44,213 nt of DNA from Acidobacteriota bacterium (lineage in GTDB: Bacteria > Acidobacteriota > Thermoanaerobaculia > Thermoanaerobaculales > Thermoanaerobaculaceae), in assembly GCA_021818005.1 (NCBI GenBank), contig JAKAFI010000001.1, positions 1 through 44,213 on the forward strand, written 5' to 3'. Position numbers and translations under genes: made by a program. Within the stretch, counting starts at the first letter, position 1; each line of letters starts with the position of its first letter. This document shows, in pieces, positions 9,757 to 18,610 of this stretch. A model generated the notes under the pieces. That model searched no databases and had not been told where the DNA came from. It saw only the letters and a list, made by a program, of their open reading frames with translations.

Positions 9757-10215
9757 GTGCGACTGAACCTGCTGCTCAAGCCCGCGCACATCCTCCTCGA
9801 CATCCCTGCGCACACCAGGGAGGAGGTCTTGGTCTACGTCGCGGACCATCTCGAGCGAGCCGGCGCGGTCAGGCGCTCGCTCGACCTCGTCGACCTCCTC
9901 CTCGACCGCGAGCGACTCGGCGCCACGGTCGTCGGCGACGAGACGGCGATTCCCCACTGCAAGGTTCCCGGGCTGCGCGAGATCGTCGTGGCGTTTGCGC
10001 GCGTTGCGGAACCGGTCCAGTTCGGCGGCGAAGGCGAGACCGCGCGGCTGTTCTTCTTCGTGCTGTCGCCGGAGGAACAGCCCGCGGCCCACCTTCAGGT
10101 CCTCGCCAACATCGCACGCCTGCTGCGCAAGCCGCAGCTTCGCCAGCTCTTCGAGACCGCCCGTGACCCCGAGGCGCTGGCGGCCGCGTTGGCCCGGGCG
10201 GAGGCGCATCCGTGA
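9757..10215 (+). CDS. ptsN: PTS EIIA(Ntr) nitrogen-regulatory protein
   Basis: It is a PTS_EIIA_2-type protein with an active-site His context (ETAIPHCKV). The position after hpf is canonical. Confidence 0.85.
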   Translation: MRLNLLLKPAHILLDIPAHTREEVLVYVADHLERAGAVRRSLDLVDLLLDRERLGATVVGDETAIPHCKVPGLREIVVAFARVAEPVQFGGEGETARLFFFVLSPEEQPAAHLQVLANIARLLRKPQLRQLFETARDPEALAAALARAEAHP

Positions 10216-11162
10216 CCGGGCGACCGCAGGCCGTGACGGCCGACCGGTTGTTCCACGAGGGGCGTCTCGCGGGCCTCGCCCTGCACCTGGTGGCGGGGGA
10301 GGCCGGGGCGGGGAAGGCGATCACCAACCCGCGACTGCAGAAGCCTGGCCTGGCGCTCGCCGGGTTCCTCGAGTACGTCAAGCCTGGGCGCGTGCAGGTG
10401 ATCGGTTTCTCCGAGGCGCAGTTCCTGGCGACGCTGCCGCCGCCCACGGCGGCCGAGCGGGTCGAGGCCTTAGCGGCGCTCGAGCCGCCGCTGATCGTGA
10501 TCAGCAAGGCGATGGAGCAGACGGCCACGTTGTTCACAGAACCGTGTAACCGCCACGGTGTGCCGCTGGCGCTGACCGCCGTCAACACCTCGGCGGTCAT
10601 CGAACGGTTGGGCGCGACGCTCGAGCTGTTGCTGGCGGCGCGCGAGACCGTGCACGGCGACCTCTTGGACATCTTCGCCATCGGGGTCCTGATCCTCGGC
10701 GACTCCGGCTCGGGAAAGAGCGAGTGCGCGCTCGAGCTCGTGCACCGGGGGCATCGCCTCGTGGCCGATGACGTGGTCGAGATCTACAAGGTGCGCAACG
10801 AGGAGCTGGTCGGGCAGGCGCCGGAGGAGGTGCGCGGCCTGATGGAGGTCAGGGGCCTCGGCCTCATCTCGATCGAGCAGCTGTTCGGCGTCGTGGCGGT
10901 GCGGGACACCAAGCCGATCGACCTGGTGGTGAACCTCGTCGCCGAGGGCACCGCCCAGTTCGAACGGCTGGGCCTCGCGGAGAGCAGCATCGAGCTCCTC
11001 GGCTTGCGGCGACCTCGCCTGACCGTCCCGGTGGCGCCCGGTCGGAGCCTGGCGCTCCTCATCGAGGCGGCGTCGCGCAAGTACCTGCTGTCGCAGCGCG
11101 GTGTGACCGACGCCGCCACGGACTTCCTGGCGCGCCACGACGACCGGCTGCGGGGGCGGTGA
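10212..11162 (+). CDS. hprK: HPr kinase/phosphorylase
   Basis: It has a P-loop (GDSGSGKSECALEL), then HRLVADD and MEVRGLG motifs. The start overlaps the ptsN stop. Confidence 0.9.
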   Translation: MTGRPQAVTADRLFHEGRLAGLALHLVAGEAGAGKAITNPRLQKPGLALAGFLEYVKPGRVQVIGFSEAQFLATLPPPTAAERVEALAALEPPLIVISKAMEQTATLFTEPCNRHGVPLALTAVNTSAVIERLGATLELLLAARETVHGDLLDIFAIGVLILGDSGSGKSECALELVHRGHRLVADDVVEIYKVRNEELVGQAPEEVRGLMEVRGLGLISIEQLFGVVAVRDTKPIDLVVNLVAEGTAQFERLGLAESSIELLGLRRPRLTVPVAPGRSLALLIEAASRKYLLSQRGVTDAATDFLARHDDRLRGR

Positions 11163-12025
11163 TGGGGTCCGCGCCGCGCGCGGTCGTGGTGACCGGCCTC
11201 TCGGGGGCCGGCAAGAGCGTGGTGACGCGCTGCTTCGAGGATCTTGGCTTCCGCTGCGTCGACAACCTGCCGCTCGAGCTGATGGAGCCGCTGTTCGCCC
11301 ACATCTGGCGCAGCGTCGGGCCGCCGTGGGCGGTCGTCGTCGACGTGCGCACGCCTGGCTTCGCCGGGAGCTTTCCGGAGATGATCGGGCGTCTCAGGTC
11401 GGCGTACCCCGAGCTGCGCCTCGTCTTCGTCGAGGCCGCCACCGAGGCGATCGTCAGGAGGTTCTCCGAGACCCGCCGGCCGCACCCGTACAGGAACCTG
11501 CCGCTCGCCGAGGCCGTGGAGCGCGAGAGCGGTGAGCTCGAAGCCGTGCGGGAGCTGGCGGACGAGAAGCTCGACACGACCGGCCTCACACCGCACGAGC
11601 TGCGCGCCGAGGTCGCCGCGCGTTTCGGCTCCACCGACCTGGCTCTGCCGATGGTCGTGCGCTGCGAGAGCTTCGGCTTTCGCTACGGGTTGCCGCCGGA
11701 CGCGAACCTCGTGTTCGATCTCCGCTTCCTGCCCAACCCGCACTTCGTCCCGGAGCTGCGGCCCCTGCCCGGAGACCACCCCGACGTGCGCGCGTGGCTC
11801 GAGCGCCAACCGGAGGTCGGGACGATGTACGAACGCATCCGCGAGCTGGTCGCCGCGCTGCTGCCGGCCTACCGCCGGGAGCAGAAGAGCTATCTCGTGG
11901 TGGCGTTCGGCTGCACCGGAGGGCGCCACCGGTCGGTCTACTTCGCCGCCCGCCTGGCGCGCGACCTCACGGCCGCGCAGTGGGTGGTCACGGTTCAGCA
12001 CCGCGACCGCAACCGGGAGGGGTGA
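11159..12025 (+). CDS. rapZ: RNase adapter / nucleotide-binding protein RapZ (YhbJ)
   Basis: VVVTGLSGAGKSVVTRCFEDLGFRCVDNLP at the N-terminus and C-terminal GCTGGRHRSV are RapZ hallmarks. The start overlaps the hprK stop. Confidence 0.9.
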   Translation: MMGSAPRAVVVTGLSGAGKSVVTRCFEDLGFRCVDNLPLELMEPLFAHIWRSVGPPWAVVVDVRTPGFAGSFPEMIGRLRSAYPELRLVFVEAATEAIVRRFSETRRPHPYRNLPLAEAVERESGELEAVRELADEKLDTTGLTPHELRAEVAARFGSTDLALPMVVRCESFGFRYGLPPDANLVFDLRFLPNPHFVPELRPLPGDHPDVRAWLERQPEVGTMYERIRELVAALLPAYRREQKSYLVVAFGCTGGRHRSVYFAARLARDLTAAQWVVTVQHRDRNREG

Positions 12026-12093
12026 CGGCGTCCGGGCGCGCCCCGGGCCCGGCATGCCTTGCCGTTCGCCGGCCGTCCTGAAATAATCCGCGC

Positions 12094-12540
12094 ATGGTGG
12101 GCATCCTGATCATCTCGCACGGCCGCCTCGCCACGGAGTTGCTGGCGGCGGCCAAGACGATCGAGCCGGCCCTCGTCGAGCAGGCGCGGGCGATCACTCT
12201 CGAGTGGAACCTCGACCCGGAGGCGGCGCGAGCCGAAATCGCCCGCGCGCTCAAGGAGCTCGATGGAGGCGACGGCGTCATCGTCCTGACCGACATGTTC
12301 GGCGGCACCCCCACCAACCTATCGCTGGGTTTCCTCGACCCGGCCCGTTCCGAGGTCGTGACCGGCGTCAACCTGCCGATGGTGATCAAGCTCGCGGGAG
12401 CGCGGCGGCAGGACGGCCGCACGTTGCGCGACCTCGCGAAGGTCGTGGCGGACAAGGGCCAGAAGAGCATCTACGTCGTCAGCGAGATCCTCGAGCGGCG
12501 GCCGGCCGGTGGGCGGGGCGATGGCGCAGATCACGGTTGA
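12094..12540 (+). CDS. PTS EIIA component, mannose/sorbose family
   Basis: It begins MVGILIISHGRLATELL (phospho-His region) and contains VLTDMFGGTPTN. No EIIB, EIIC or EIID gene is nearby. Confidence 0.8.
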   Translation: MVGILIISHGRLATELLAAAKTIEPALVEQARAITLEWNLDPEAARAEIARALKELDGGDGVIVLTDMFGGTPTNLSLGFLDPARSEVVTGVNLPMVIKLAGARRQDGRTLRDLAKVVADKGQKSIYVVSEILERRPAGGRGDGADHG

Positions 12541-12790
12541 GCTCGTCAACCGGCTCGGGTTGCACGCGCGCGCCGCAGCCAAGTTTGTCCACACGGCCTC
12601 CCGTTTCACCGCGCAGGTGCTCGTCAGCCACAACGACGAGGAGGTGAACGGGAAGTCGATCCTCGGGCTGCTCCTGCTCGCGGCGCCCGTGGGCTCGAAG
12701 CTCAAGATCACGGCCGACGGGGCCGACGAGGCGGCTGCGCTCGCAGCCCTCGAACGGCTCATCGAGGAGCGCTTCGGAGAGGGCGAGTGA
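12521..12790 (+). CDS. ptsH: Phosphocarrier protein HPr/NPr
   Basis: MAQITVELVNRLGLHARAAAKFV contains the His-15 context, and VNGKSILGLLLL contains the Ser-46 context. An alternative start lies at 12509. Confidence 0.85.
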   Translation: MAQITVELVNRLGLHARAAAKFVHTASRFTAQVLVSHNDEEVNGKSILGLLLLAAPVGSKLKITADGADEAAALAALERLIEERFGEGE

Positions 12791-14559
12791 GCGAGCCCCG
12801 CACGCTGGTGGGGCTCGGCGTCTCGGGGGGGATCGCGATCGGGAAGCCGATCGTCGTCGAGAACCGGCCGCTGCCGGTGACCCTGGTGCAGCTCCCCCCC
12901 GACGGCGTCGAGGCCGAGGTCGCCCGCCTGCACCGGGCGGCGACGCGCGCGGCCACCCGCCTGGCGGAACTCGCGAGCGAGGCGACGCGCACGGTGGGCG
13001 CGGAGTACGGGGCGATCTTCGAGGCGCAGCGTCTGATGCTCGAGGACCCGGCTTTCCTCGACGAGGTGGAACGACTGATACGCACCGAGGCGGTCAACGC
13101 GGAGTGGGCGCTCGAGCAGGTCACGCACCGCCTCGTCGCCCAGTTCGAGCAGCTCGGCGACCTCTACCTGCGGGAACGCCGCGGGGACGTGCTCGACGTG
13201 GCGCTCGAGCTGCAGCGGTCGCTGCAGGGGCGCGCCGCCGCTCCGATCGACTTCAGCGGGGCGACCAGCATCCTGATCGCCGATGACATCCCGCCGTCGC
13301 AAGCGCTCCGGCTGGCGACGCGGATGGTGGGCGGCTTCGCGTCCGAGACCGGCGGCCTGACCTCGCACACCACGATCATCGCGAAGTCCCTCGGCATCCC
13401 GGCGGTGGTGGGGATCCCCGGACTGGTTCGCGAGGTCGAGAGGGCGGGCCTCGTGATCGTGGACGGGTTCGAAGGCCATCTGATCGTCGATCCCGACCCG
13501 GCGCTGATCCAGGTCTACGGCCTGCGCGCCGAGGAACACCGCCGGCGACAGCACGAGCTGCTGGGCCTGGCCCACCTGCCGGCCGCGACCTCCGACGGCC
13601 GAACGATGCGGTTGCTCGCCAACATCGACCTGGTGCCCGAGATCGCCGCCGCCAAGGCGGGCGGCGCGCAGGGGATCGGGCTGTTTCGCAGCGAGTTCCT
13701 GTTCATCCAGGCGAGCCCCGAACTGCCGAACGAGGATCGGCAAGCGGCGGCGTACGCCGAGCTCCTGGCGGCGTTCCCCTCGGGCCCGGTGACCGTCCGG
13801 ACGTTCGATCTCGGCGGCCGCAAGCTGGCGCGCGAGATGCTCGGGAACCCGGAGAACAACCCGGTCCTCGGCCTGCGCGGGGTCAGGCTCTGCCTGCAGA
13901 AGCCCGATTTCTTCCGCACGCAGCTGCGCGCGTTGCTGCGGGCGGCCGGGCAGTATCCGGACGCCCTCAGGATCATGGTGCCGTTGATCGGTCACGTCGA
14001 GGAGGTGAAGACGGTCCGCGTGCTCCTCGAGCGATACCGCGTCGAGCTGCGGTCGGAAGGGATCGTAGTCCCCGACCGGGTCATCGTCGGCGTGATGATC
14101 GAGGTGCCGGCCGCGGCGATGATCGCGGAGCACCTCGCGCGCGAGGTGGACTTCTTCGCCATCGGGACCAACGACCTCACCCAGTACACGCTCGCGGTCG
14201 ACCGCGGCAACGAGCAGGTGTCGAAGCTGTTCCGGCCGTTCCATCCCGCGGTCCTGCGCCTGGTCGAACGGGTGATCTCGGTCGGGGCGCGCGCCGGGAT
14301 CCCGGTGTCGCTGTGCGGCGAGATGGCGGCCGACCCGCTGGCCGTGCCGCTGCTCGTGGGCCTCGGCCTGACGGAGTTCTCGATGCACCCGCCGGCGCTG
14401 CCGCTGGCGCGCAGCCTGATCCGCGCCGTGTCGTTCCGCGAGGCGAGGCGAATGGCCCAGCGGGCGCTGGCGCTCGCGACCGCCAAGGAGGTCGAGGAGT
14501 ACCTGCTGGAGCAGCTCTCGGGCCTGCTCTCGCACCTGAAGGTGAGGATCCTGCCGTGA
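12787..14559 (+). CDS. ptsI: Phosphoenolpyruvate-protein phosphotransferase (Enzyme I)
   Basis: It is a full-length EI. Motifs include ETGGLTSHTTIIAKSLGIPAVVG (active His), GIGLFRSEFLF, and the C-terminal PEP-utilising domain (FFAIGTNDLTQYTLAVDR, CGEMA). Confidence 0.95.
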   Translation: MSEPRTLVGLGVSGGIAIGKPIVVENRPLPVTLVQLPPDGVEAEVARLHRAATRAATRLAELASEATRTVGAEYGAIFEAQRLMLEDPAFLDEVERLIRTEAVNAEWALEQVTHRLVAQFEQLGDLYLRERRGDVLDVALELQRSLQGRAAAPIDFSGATSILIADDIPPSQALRLATRMVGGFASETGGLTSHTTIIAKSLGIPAVVGIPGLVREVERAGLVIVDGFEGHLIVDPDPALIQVYGLRAEEHRRRQHELLGLAHLPAATSDGRTMRLLANIDLVPEIAAAKAGGAQGIGLFRSEFLFIQASPELPNEDRQAAAYAELLAAFPSGPVTVRTFDLGGRKLAREMLGNPENNPVLGLRGVRLCLQKPDFFRTQLRALLRAAGQYPDALRIMVPLIGHVEEVKTVRVLLERYRVELRSEGIVVPDRVIVGVMIEVPAAAMIAEHLAREVDFFAIGTNDLTQYTLAVDRGNEQVSKLFRPFHPAVLRLVERVISVGARAGIPVSLCGEMAADPLAVPLLVGLGLTEFSMHPPALPLARSLIRAVSFREARRMAQRALALATAKEVEEYLLEQLSGLLSHLKVRILP

Positions 14560-14921
14560 GCCGGCTCGTCGAGAAACCGTGGGGGCAGGAGGAGGTCTTC
14601 GCCGAGACCGAGCGGTACGTGGGCAAGATCCTGACGGTACGCGCGGGCCACGCCCTGTCGCTGCAGTATCATGTGGTCAAGGACGAGACGATGCGGGTGC
14701 TCGAAGGGTCGTGCGAGCTGCACCTCGGGGATGCACCGGCGAGCCGCGAGCTCGTGGCCGCCGTCCTGCGGCCGGGAGACGTCGTCCGGGTCAGGCCCGG
14801 CGTGCTGCACCGGCTCGTGGCCCTCACCGACGTGCGGCTCGTCGAGGTTTCGACGCCGGAGCTCGACGACGTCGTCCGCCTCGACGACCGCTACGGGCGG
14901 GAAGGCACCTGTGAGCCATAG
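14556..14921 (+). CDS. Cupin-domain protein (mannose-6-phosphate isomerase type II C-terminal-like)
   Basis: The GTG overlaps the ptsI stop. The sequence is EKPWGQEEVFAETERYVGKILTVRAGHALSLQYHVVKDETMRVLEG...GDVVRVRPGVLHRL, which is a cupin pattern. Confidence 0.65.
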   Translation: MSRLVEKPWGQEEVFAETERYVGKILTVRAGHALSLQYHVVKDETMRVLEGSCELHLGDAPASRELVAAVLRPGDVVRVRPGVLHRLVALTDVRLVEVSTPELDDVVRLDDRYGREGTCEP

Positions 14922-14939
14922 GCCGCGGGGGAGGTCGAG

Positions 14940-15644
14940 ATGATCACTGCGCTCGTCGTGCTGGTCGCGCTCGGAGCGGGTGGGGCGGGGGAGGAAAAGC
15001 CGAACCCGGCGCCCACGCCGTCGCTGAGCATCCTGCTGGCGAAACCCGAGGAGGGGCCGGCACGCGCTTCCTCCCTGGCCGACGTCGCCAAGCGGATCAA
15101 GTTGAACCTGCCGGCCAACCAACCGCGGGTCATCAACAACGAGACCGTCAAACAACTGGCGCAAGGCGTGGAGCTGACGATGAGCGCGGCCGCCCCTCCG
15201 ATCACGGGCGGCGTCCGCGGCGGCACGGCCGAGGAGCGGAAGAAGGCGATCTGGCAGGAGCGCTACCGGGCGGCGCAGGACCGGGTGCGCCGCCTCGAGG
15301 GCGAGATCAAGGAGCTCTCCTCGCGCGCCAACCAGCTGGAGCAGGAGTTTTACGCCCACGACGATCCGGTCTACCGCGACTCGACGATCAAGCCGGCGTG
15401 GGACCGGGCGCTCGCAGATCTCGCCAAGGCCAAGACCGACCTCGCGGATGCGCGGGGTGAGCCGGACCGGGTCCTCAACGCCGCCCGGCGGGACGGCGCG
15501 CTCCCTGGCTGGTTCCGGGGCCTCGACGAGGGGACGCCCACGGCGAGCCGGGGGGAAGGGGAGGCGTCGCGTCCCGGCCCGACCGGCCGGCCGCCGGCGA
15601 CCCCGACGCCGCGACCCCTGGTGCCGCTGCCACCCCCGAACTGA
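14940..15644 (+). CDS. Hypothetical exported coiled-coil protein with Pro-rich C-terminus
   Basis: It has a hydrophobic N-terminus (MITALVVLVALGAGGAG), a central heptad-like segment (RVRRLEGEIKELSSRANQLEQEF), and a Pro/Thr-rich tail. I recognise no family. Confidence 0.5.
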   Translation: MITALVVLVALGAGGAGEEKPNPAPTPSLSILLAKPEEGPARASSLADVAKRIKLNLPANQPRVINNETVKQLAQGVELTMSAAAPPITGGVRGGTAEERKKAIWQERYRAAQDRVRRLEGEIKELSSRANQLEQEFYAHDDPVYRDSTIKPAWDRALADLAKAKTDLADARGEPDRVLNAARRDGALPGWFRGLDEGTPTASRGEGEASRPGPTGRPPATPTPRPLVPLPPPN

Positions 15645-15756
15645 GCGGCCTGCAGTTGCAAGCGCGGGGAGAAGACGGTAGAACGTGGGCTGTCGGGCAC
15701 GGGCGAACGCCTGCCGTGCCCGTGCCCCGGGGGAGAGGCCGCAGGTGAGCGGGAAG

Positions 15757-17088
15757 ATGGAAACGTACTTCATCGAGACGTGGGGTTGTCAGATGAACGT
15801 CCTCGACAGCCAGCGGCTCGAGGGGTTGCTGCAGCAGCGCGGATTGCGTCGCGTCGCGCACGCCGAAGGCGCGGACGTCGCGGTGCTCAACACCTGCTCG
15901 GTGCGCGAGAAGGCGGTCCACAAAGTGCTGTCGCGCCTCGGTGAGCTGCACGGGCTGCGCCGCGAGAACGGCCGGCCCGGTGTGGTCGGGCTGTGCGGTT
16001 GCGTTGGCGAACAGGAGGGGGCACGCCTGCTGGCGCGGAGCGCTGGCCTCGACTTCGTGCTCGGACCCGGGCGCGTCTCGCAGCTCCCCCAGGTGCTGGA
16101 CGCGGTCGCCCAGGGGAGGCGAACGAGTGTCACCGGCTTCCCGGCCGGCCCCGACTACGACCCCGACACGATCGCGCGCGGCTCCAGCGCTCGCCAGTAC
16201 ATCACCGCTATCCACGGGTGCGATCAGCACTGCACCTTCTGCATCGTGCCGACCACACGCGGCCACGAGAGCAGCCGGACGCTCGCGGAGATCGTGGCCG
16301 AGGTGACCGGCGTCGTGGAGCGGGGCGGGAAGGAAGTCACGCTGCTCGGGCAAACGATCAACGCCTACCGGTGCCCAGCCACCGGCGCCGACTTCGGCGA
16401 CCTGCTGCAGGTGGTGGGGGCTGTGCCCGGCGTGTGGCGCGTCCAGTTCGTCACCTCGCACCCCCGGTTCTTCACGCGCGCGATGGTCGAGAAGATCGCC
16501 AGTGTCCCGTCGCTCGGCACGTACCTCCACCTGCCGTTCCAGGCGGGGTCCGACGCCGTGCTCAAGCGCATGCACCGCGGCTACACCCGCGCGGGCTACC
16601 TGGACCTCGTGGCCATGATCCGGACCGCGATGCCACGAGTCACGCTCTCGACCGACGTTATCGTCGGTTTCCCCGGCGAGACCGAGGACGACTTCGCGGC
16701 CACGCTGGACGTGGTCCGGGAGGTCGGCTTCGGCCAGCTCTACGGCTTCGTGTTCTCGCCGCGGCCGCGGACGCCCGCCGCCCGCTACCCCGGCCGGATC
16801 GCGCGCGCGGAGGCTGGGATTCGTTTGGAACGACTGTTCGATTTGCAGGCCTCCATCCAGCTCGAACTCAACCAAGCGATGGTCGGACGAACCGTCGAGC
16901 TCCTCCTCGACGGCCCGGCCAAGCGCGGTTCGGCATTGTGGCAGGGGCGGGGAGCCGACAACCGCGTGGTCAACGTTCCGGGGTGGAACGGGATCGCGGC
17001 TGGAGAGCTCGCCACGGTCGTGATTACCGGCGCCACGCCGCACTCCCTCCTCGGCGAGCGGCGAGAGCCGGTGACCCGGCCGGCTTGA
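15757..17088 (+). CDS. miaB: tRNA-2-methylthio-N6-dimethylallyladenosine synthase (radical SAM methylthiotransferase)
   Basis: METYFIETWGCQMNVLDS is the UPF0004 domain. GCDQHCTFCIVP is the radical SAM CxxxCxxC motif. A C-terminal TRAM domain is present. The ATG at 15757 was chosen over the longer ORF. Confidence 0.9.
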   Translation: METYFIETWGCQMNVLDSQRLEGLLQQRGLRRVAHAEGADVAVLNTCSVREKAVHKVLSRLGELHGLRRENGRPGVVGLCGCVGEQEGARLLARSAGLDFVLGPGRVSQLPQVLDAVAQGRRTSVTGFPAGPDYDPDTIARGSSARQYITAIHGCDQHCTFCIVPTTRGHESSRTLAEIVAEVTGVVERGGKEVTLLGQTINAYRCPATGADFGDLLQVVGAVPGVWRVQFVTSHPRFFTRAMVEKIASVPSLGTYLHLPFQAGSDAVLKRMHRGYTRAGYLDLVAMIRTAMPRVTLSTDVIVGFPGETEDDFAATLDVVREVGFGQLYGFVFSPRPRTPAARYPGRIARAEAGIRLERLFDLQASIQLELNQAMVGRTVELLLDGPAKRGSALWQGRGADNRVVNVPGWNGIAAGELATVVITGATPHSLLGERREPVTRPA

Positions 17089-17101
17089 CACGCCTTCCGC
17101 A

Positions 17102-17632
17102 TTGGCTGAGATTGGAGGCGTGAATGATAAGCGCGAAGCGCCGGCTCAGCTCGAGGTCGAGATCAGGGGTCTGATCCTCGACCCGGTTTCCAACACACCG
17201 ATCGTGATCCTGAAGAAGCCGGATGAGAACCTCTTCCTCCCGATCTGGATCGGCGTCTTCGAGGCGAATGCGATCGCGCTCCAGCTCGAGGGTGTGGCCA
17301 CACCGCGCCCGATGACCCACGACCTCCTCCGTGCGGTCATCACGGTGATGGGTGGCCGGGTCGAGGCGGTCACGGTGCACTCGCTGGTCGAGAGCACGTT
17401 CCACGCCCGCATCGCGCTGCGGACGCCCGACGGCCAGTTCCGCGAGGTCGACGCCCGGCCATCGGATGCGATCGCGCTCGCGCTGCGCTGCGGCGCGCCG
17501 ATTCGCGTGGCGGCCGAGGTGTTCCGCGAGGCGCATGCGCTCGACCTCCGCGAGGGCGAGGACAACGAGGCCCGGTTGCGGGAATGGCTCGAGTCGCTCA
17601 CCCCCGAGCAGCTCGGCAAGTACAAGATGTGA
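17102..17632 (+). CDS. Bifunctional nuclease (BFN/DUF151) family protein
   Basis: LILDPVSNTPIVILKKPDENLFLPIWIGVFEANAI...PRPMTHDLL...ARPSDAIALALR is the BFN-domain pattern. The start codon is uncertain (TTG 17102 or GTG 17120). Confidence 0.75.
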   Translation: MAEIGGVNDKREAPAQLEVEIRGLILDPVSNTPIVILKKPDENLFLPIWIGVFEANAIALQLEGVATPRPMTHDLLRAVITVMGGRVEAVTVHSLVESTFHARIALRTPDGQFREVDARPSDAIALALRCGAPIRVAAEVFREAHALDLREGEDNEARLREWLESLTPEQLGKYKM

Positions 17633-17732
17633 TGGCGTGACTCGGTCGAGCGCGACCCCTCGCGCCGGCCCCGAGATCCCCCAAGAGGACGGTTTGTGGC
17701 GCGCCGGCCGGGCGGTCACCGGGCCCGGGAGG

Positions 17733-17762
17733 TTGACAGCGTTTCCACCGCCCCGATACAGT
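17733..17762 (+). promoter_or_regulatory. Candidate sigma-70-type promoter for parAB
   Basis: TTGACA (17733-17738), an 18-nt spacer and TACAGT (17757-17762) lie about 95 nt upstream of the parA ATG. This is a sequence match only. Confidence 0.35.
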
Positions 17763-17857
17763 GCCCGAGTCGCCAAGACGAGGGCGTGTCCGAGCGCCAG
17801 CACGGTGGAGGGTCGATCCGGCCTTCGACGTGTGGCGCGCGGGGCGGACGGGGAGCC

Positions 17858-18610
17858 ATGATCATCACGATAGCCAACCAGAAGGGCGGAGTGGGCAAGA
17901 CGACGACTGCGATCAACCTCGCGGCGGCGCTGGCGCTCAAGGGCGTGCACACGTTGCTGGTGGACCTCGACCCGCAGGGAAACACGACGATGTCGTTCGT
18001 CGACCAGCACGCCCTCGGGCGCTCGATGTACGACGTCCTCGCGGACGGAGCCGCGATCGAGGAGGTGATTCAGCCAACCGCCGTCGACAACCTCGACATC
18101 GCGCCGGCCAGGATCTCTCTGGCAAAGCTGGAAAACGCAATGGTCGGCGAGCTGGACGCACACTTCCGCCTGAAGGATCGCCTGGCGCCGGTCGTGCCGA
18201 AGTACGAGTACATCATCGTCGACACGCCGCCGACACTCGGGCTCATCACAGTGAACGCGATGGTCGCGGCGACCCACCTGCTGATACCGATCCAGTCCTC
18301 GTACTTCGCCCTGGAGGGTACCGACGACCTCCTCGAAACGGTCGAGAAGATCAAGGTCCGCGCCAACCCCGACCTGCAGCTGCTCGGGGTCCTCATCACC
18401 CTGCACGACCGCCGCACCGTCCTCGCCCGCGACATTCACGAACGGATCGCCCAGGTCTTCGGCGACAAGGTGTTCCAGACCGCGGTGACCAAGTCCGTGC
18501 GTCTCGAGGAGAGTCCTGCATATCGCACCTCGATCTTCGAGCATGCGCCTCAGTCGAGCGGCGCGCTCGAGTACTACGCACTCTGCGAGGAGGTCATGGC
18601 CCGTGTCTAG
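17858..18610 (+). CDS. parA: Chromosome-partitioning ATPase ParA/Soj
   Basis: MIITIANQKGGVGKTTTAINLAAALA is the deviant Walker A. IIVDTPP is also present, and the C-terminus is typical. Confidence 0.9.
   Translation: MIITIANQKGGVGKTTTAINLAAALALKGVHTLLVDLDPQGNTTMSFVDQHALGRSMYDVLADGAAIEEVIQPTAVDNLDIAPARISLAKLENAMVGELDAHFRLKDRLAPVVPKYEYIIVDTPPTLGLITVNAMVAATHLLIPIQSSYFALEGTDDLLETVEKIKVRANPDLQLLGVLITLHDRRTVLARDIHERIAQVFGDKVFQTAVTKSVRLEESPAYRTSIFEHAPQSSGALEYYALCEEVMARV

Noticed and set aside
7611-9815. A 734-aa ORF antisense to rpoN/hpf. Similar giant antisense or off-frame ORFs include 12319..14535(-), 24109..27615(+), 36176..38122(-), 5339..6895(-), 15475..17091(-), 17024..18841(-) and 32499..34256(-).
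   Set aside because: Each lies opposite, or out of frame with, a gene that has unmistakable family motifs. Their translations are Arg/Pro/Gly/Ala-rich low-complexity strings, typical of stop-codon-poor frames in high-GC DNA.
15646-15660. A sigma-54 promoter-like element, cGGCctgcagTTGCA, upstream of miaB. Its GG/GC spacing is correct.
   Set aside because: Only the core GG and TTGCA match, and the -24 element is weak (CGGCCT versus TGGCAC). miaB is not an expected sigma-54 target, and no enhancer-binding protein or UAS is evident.
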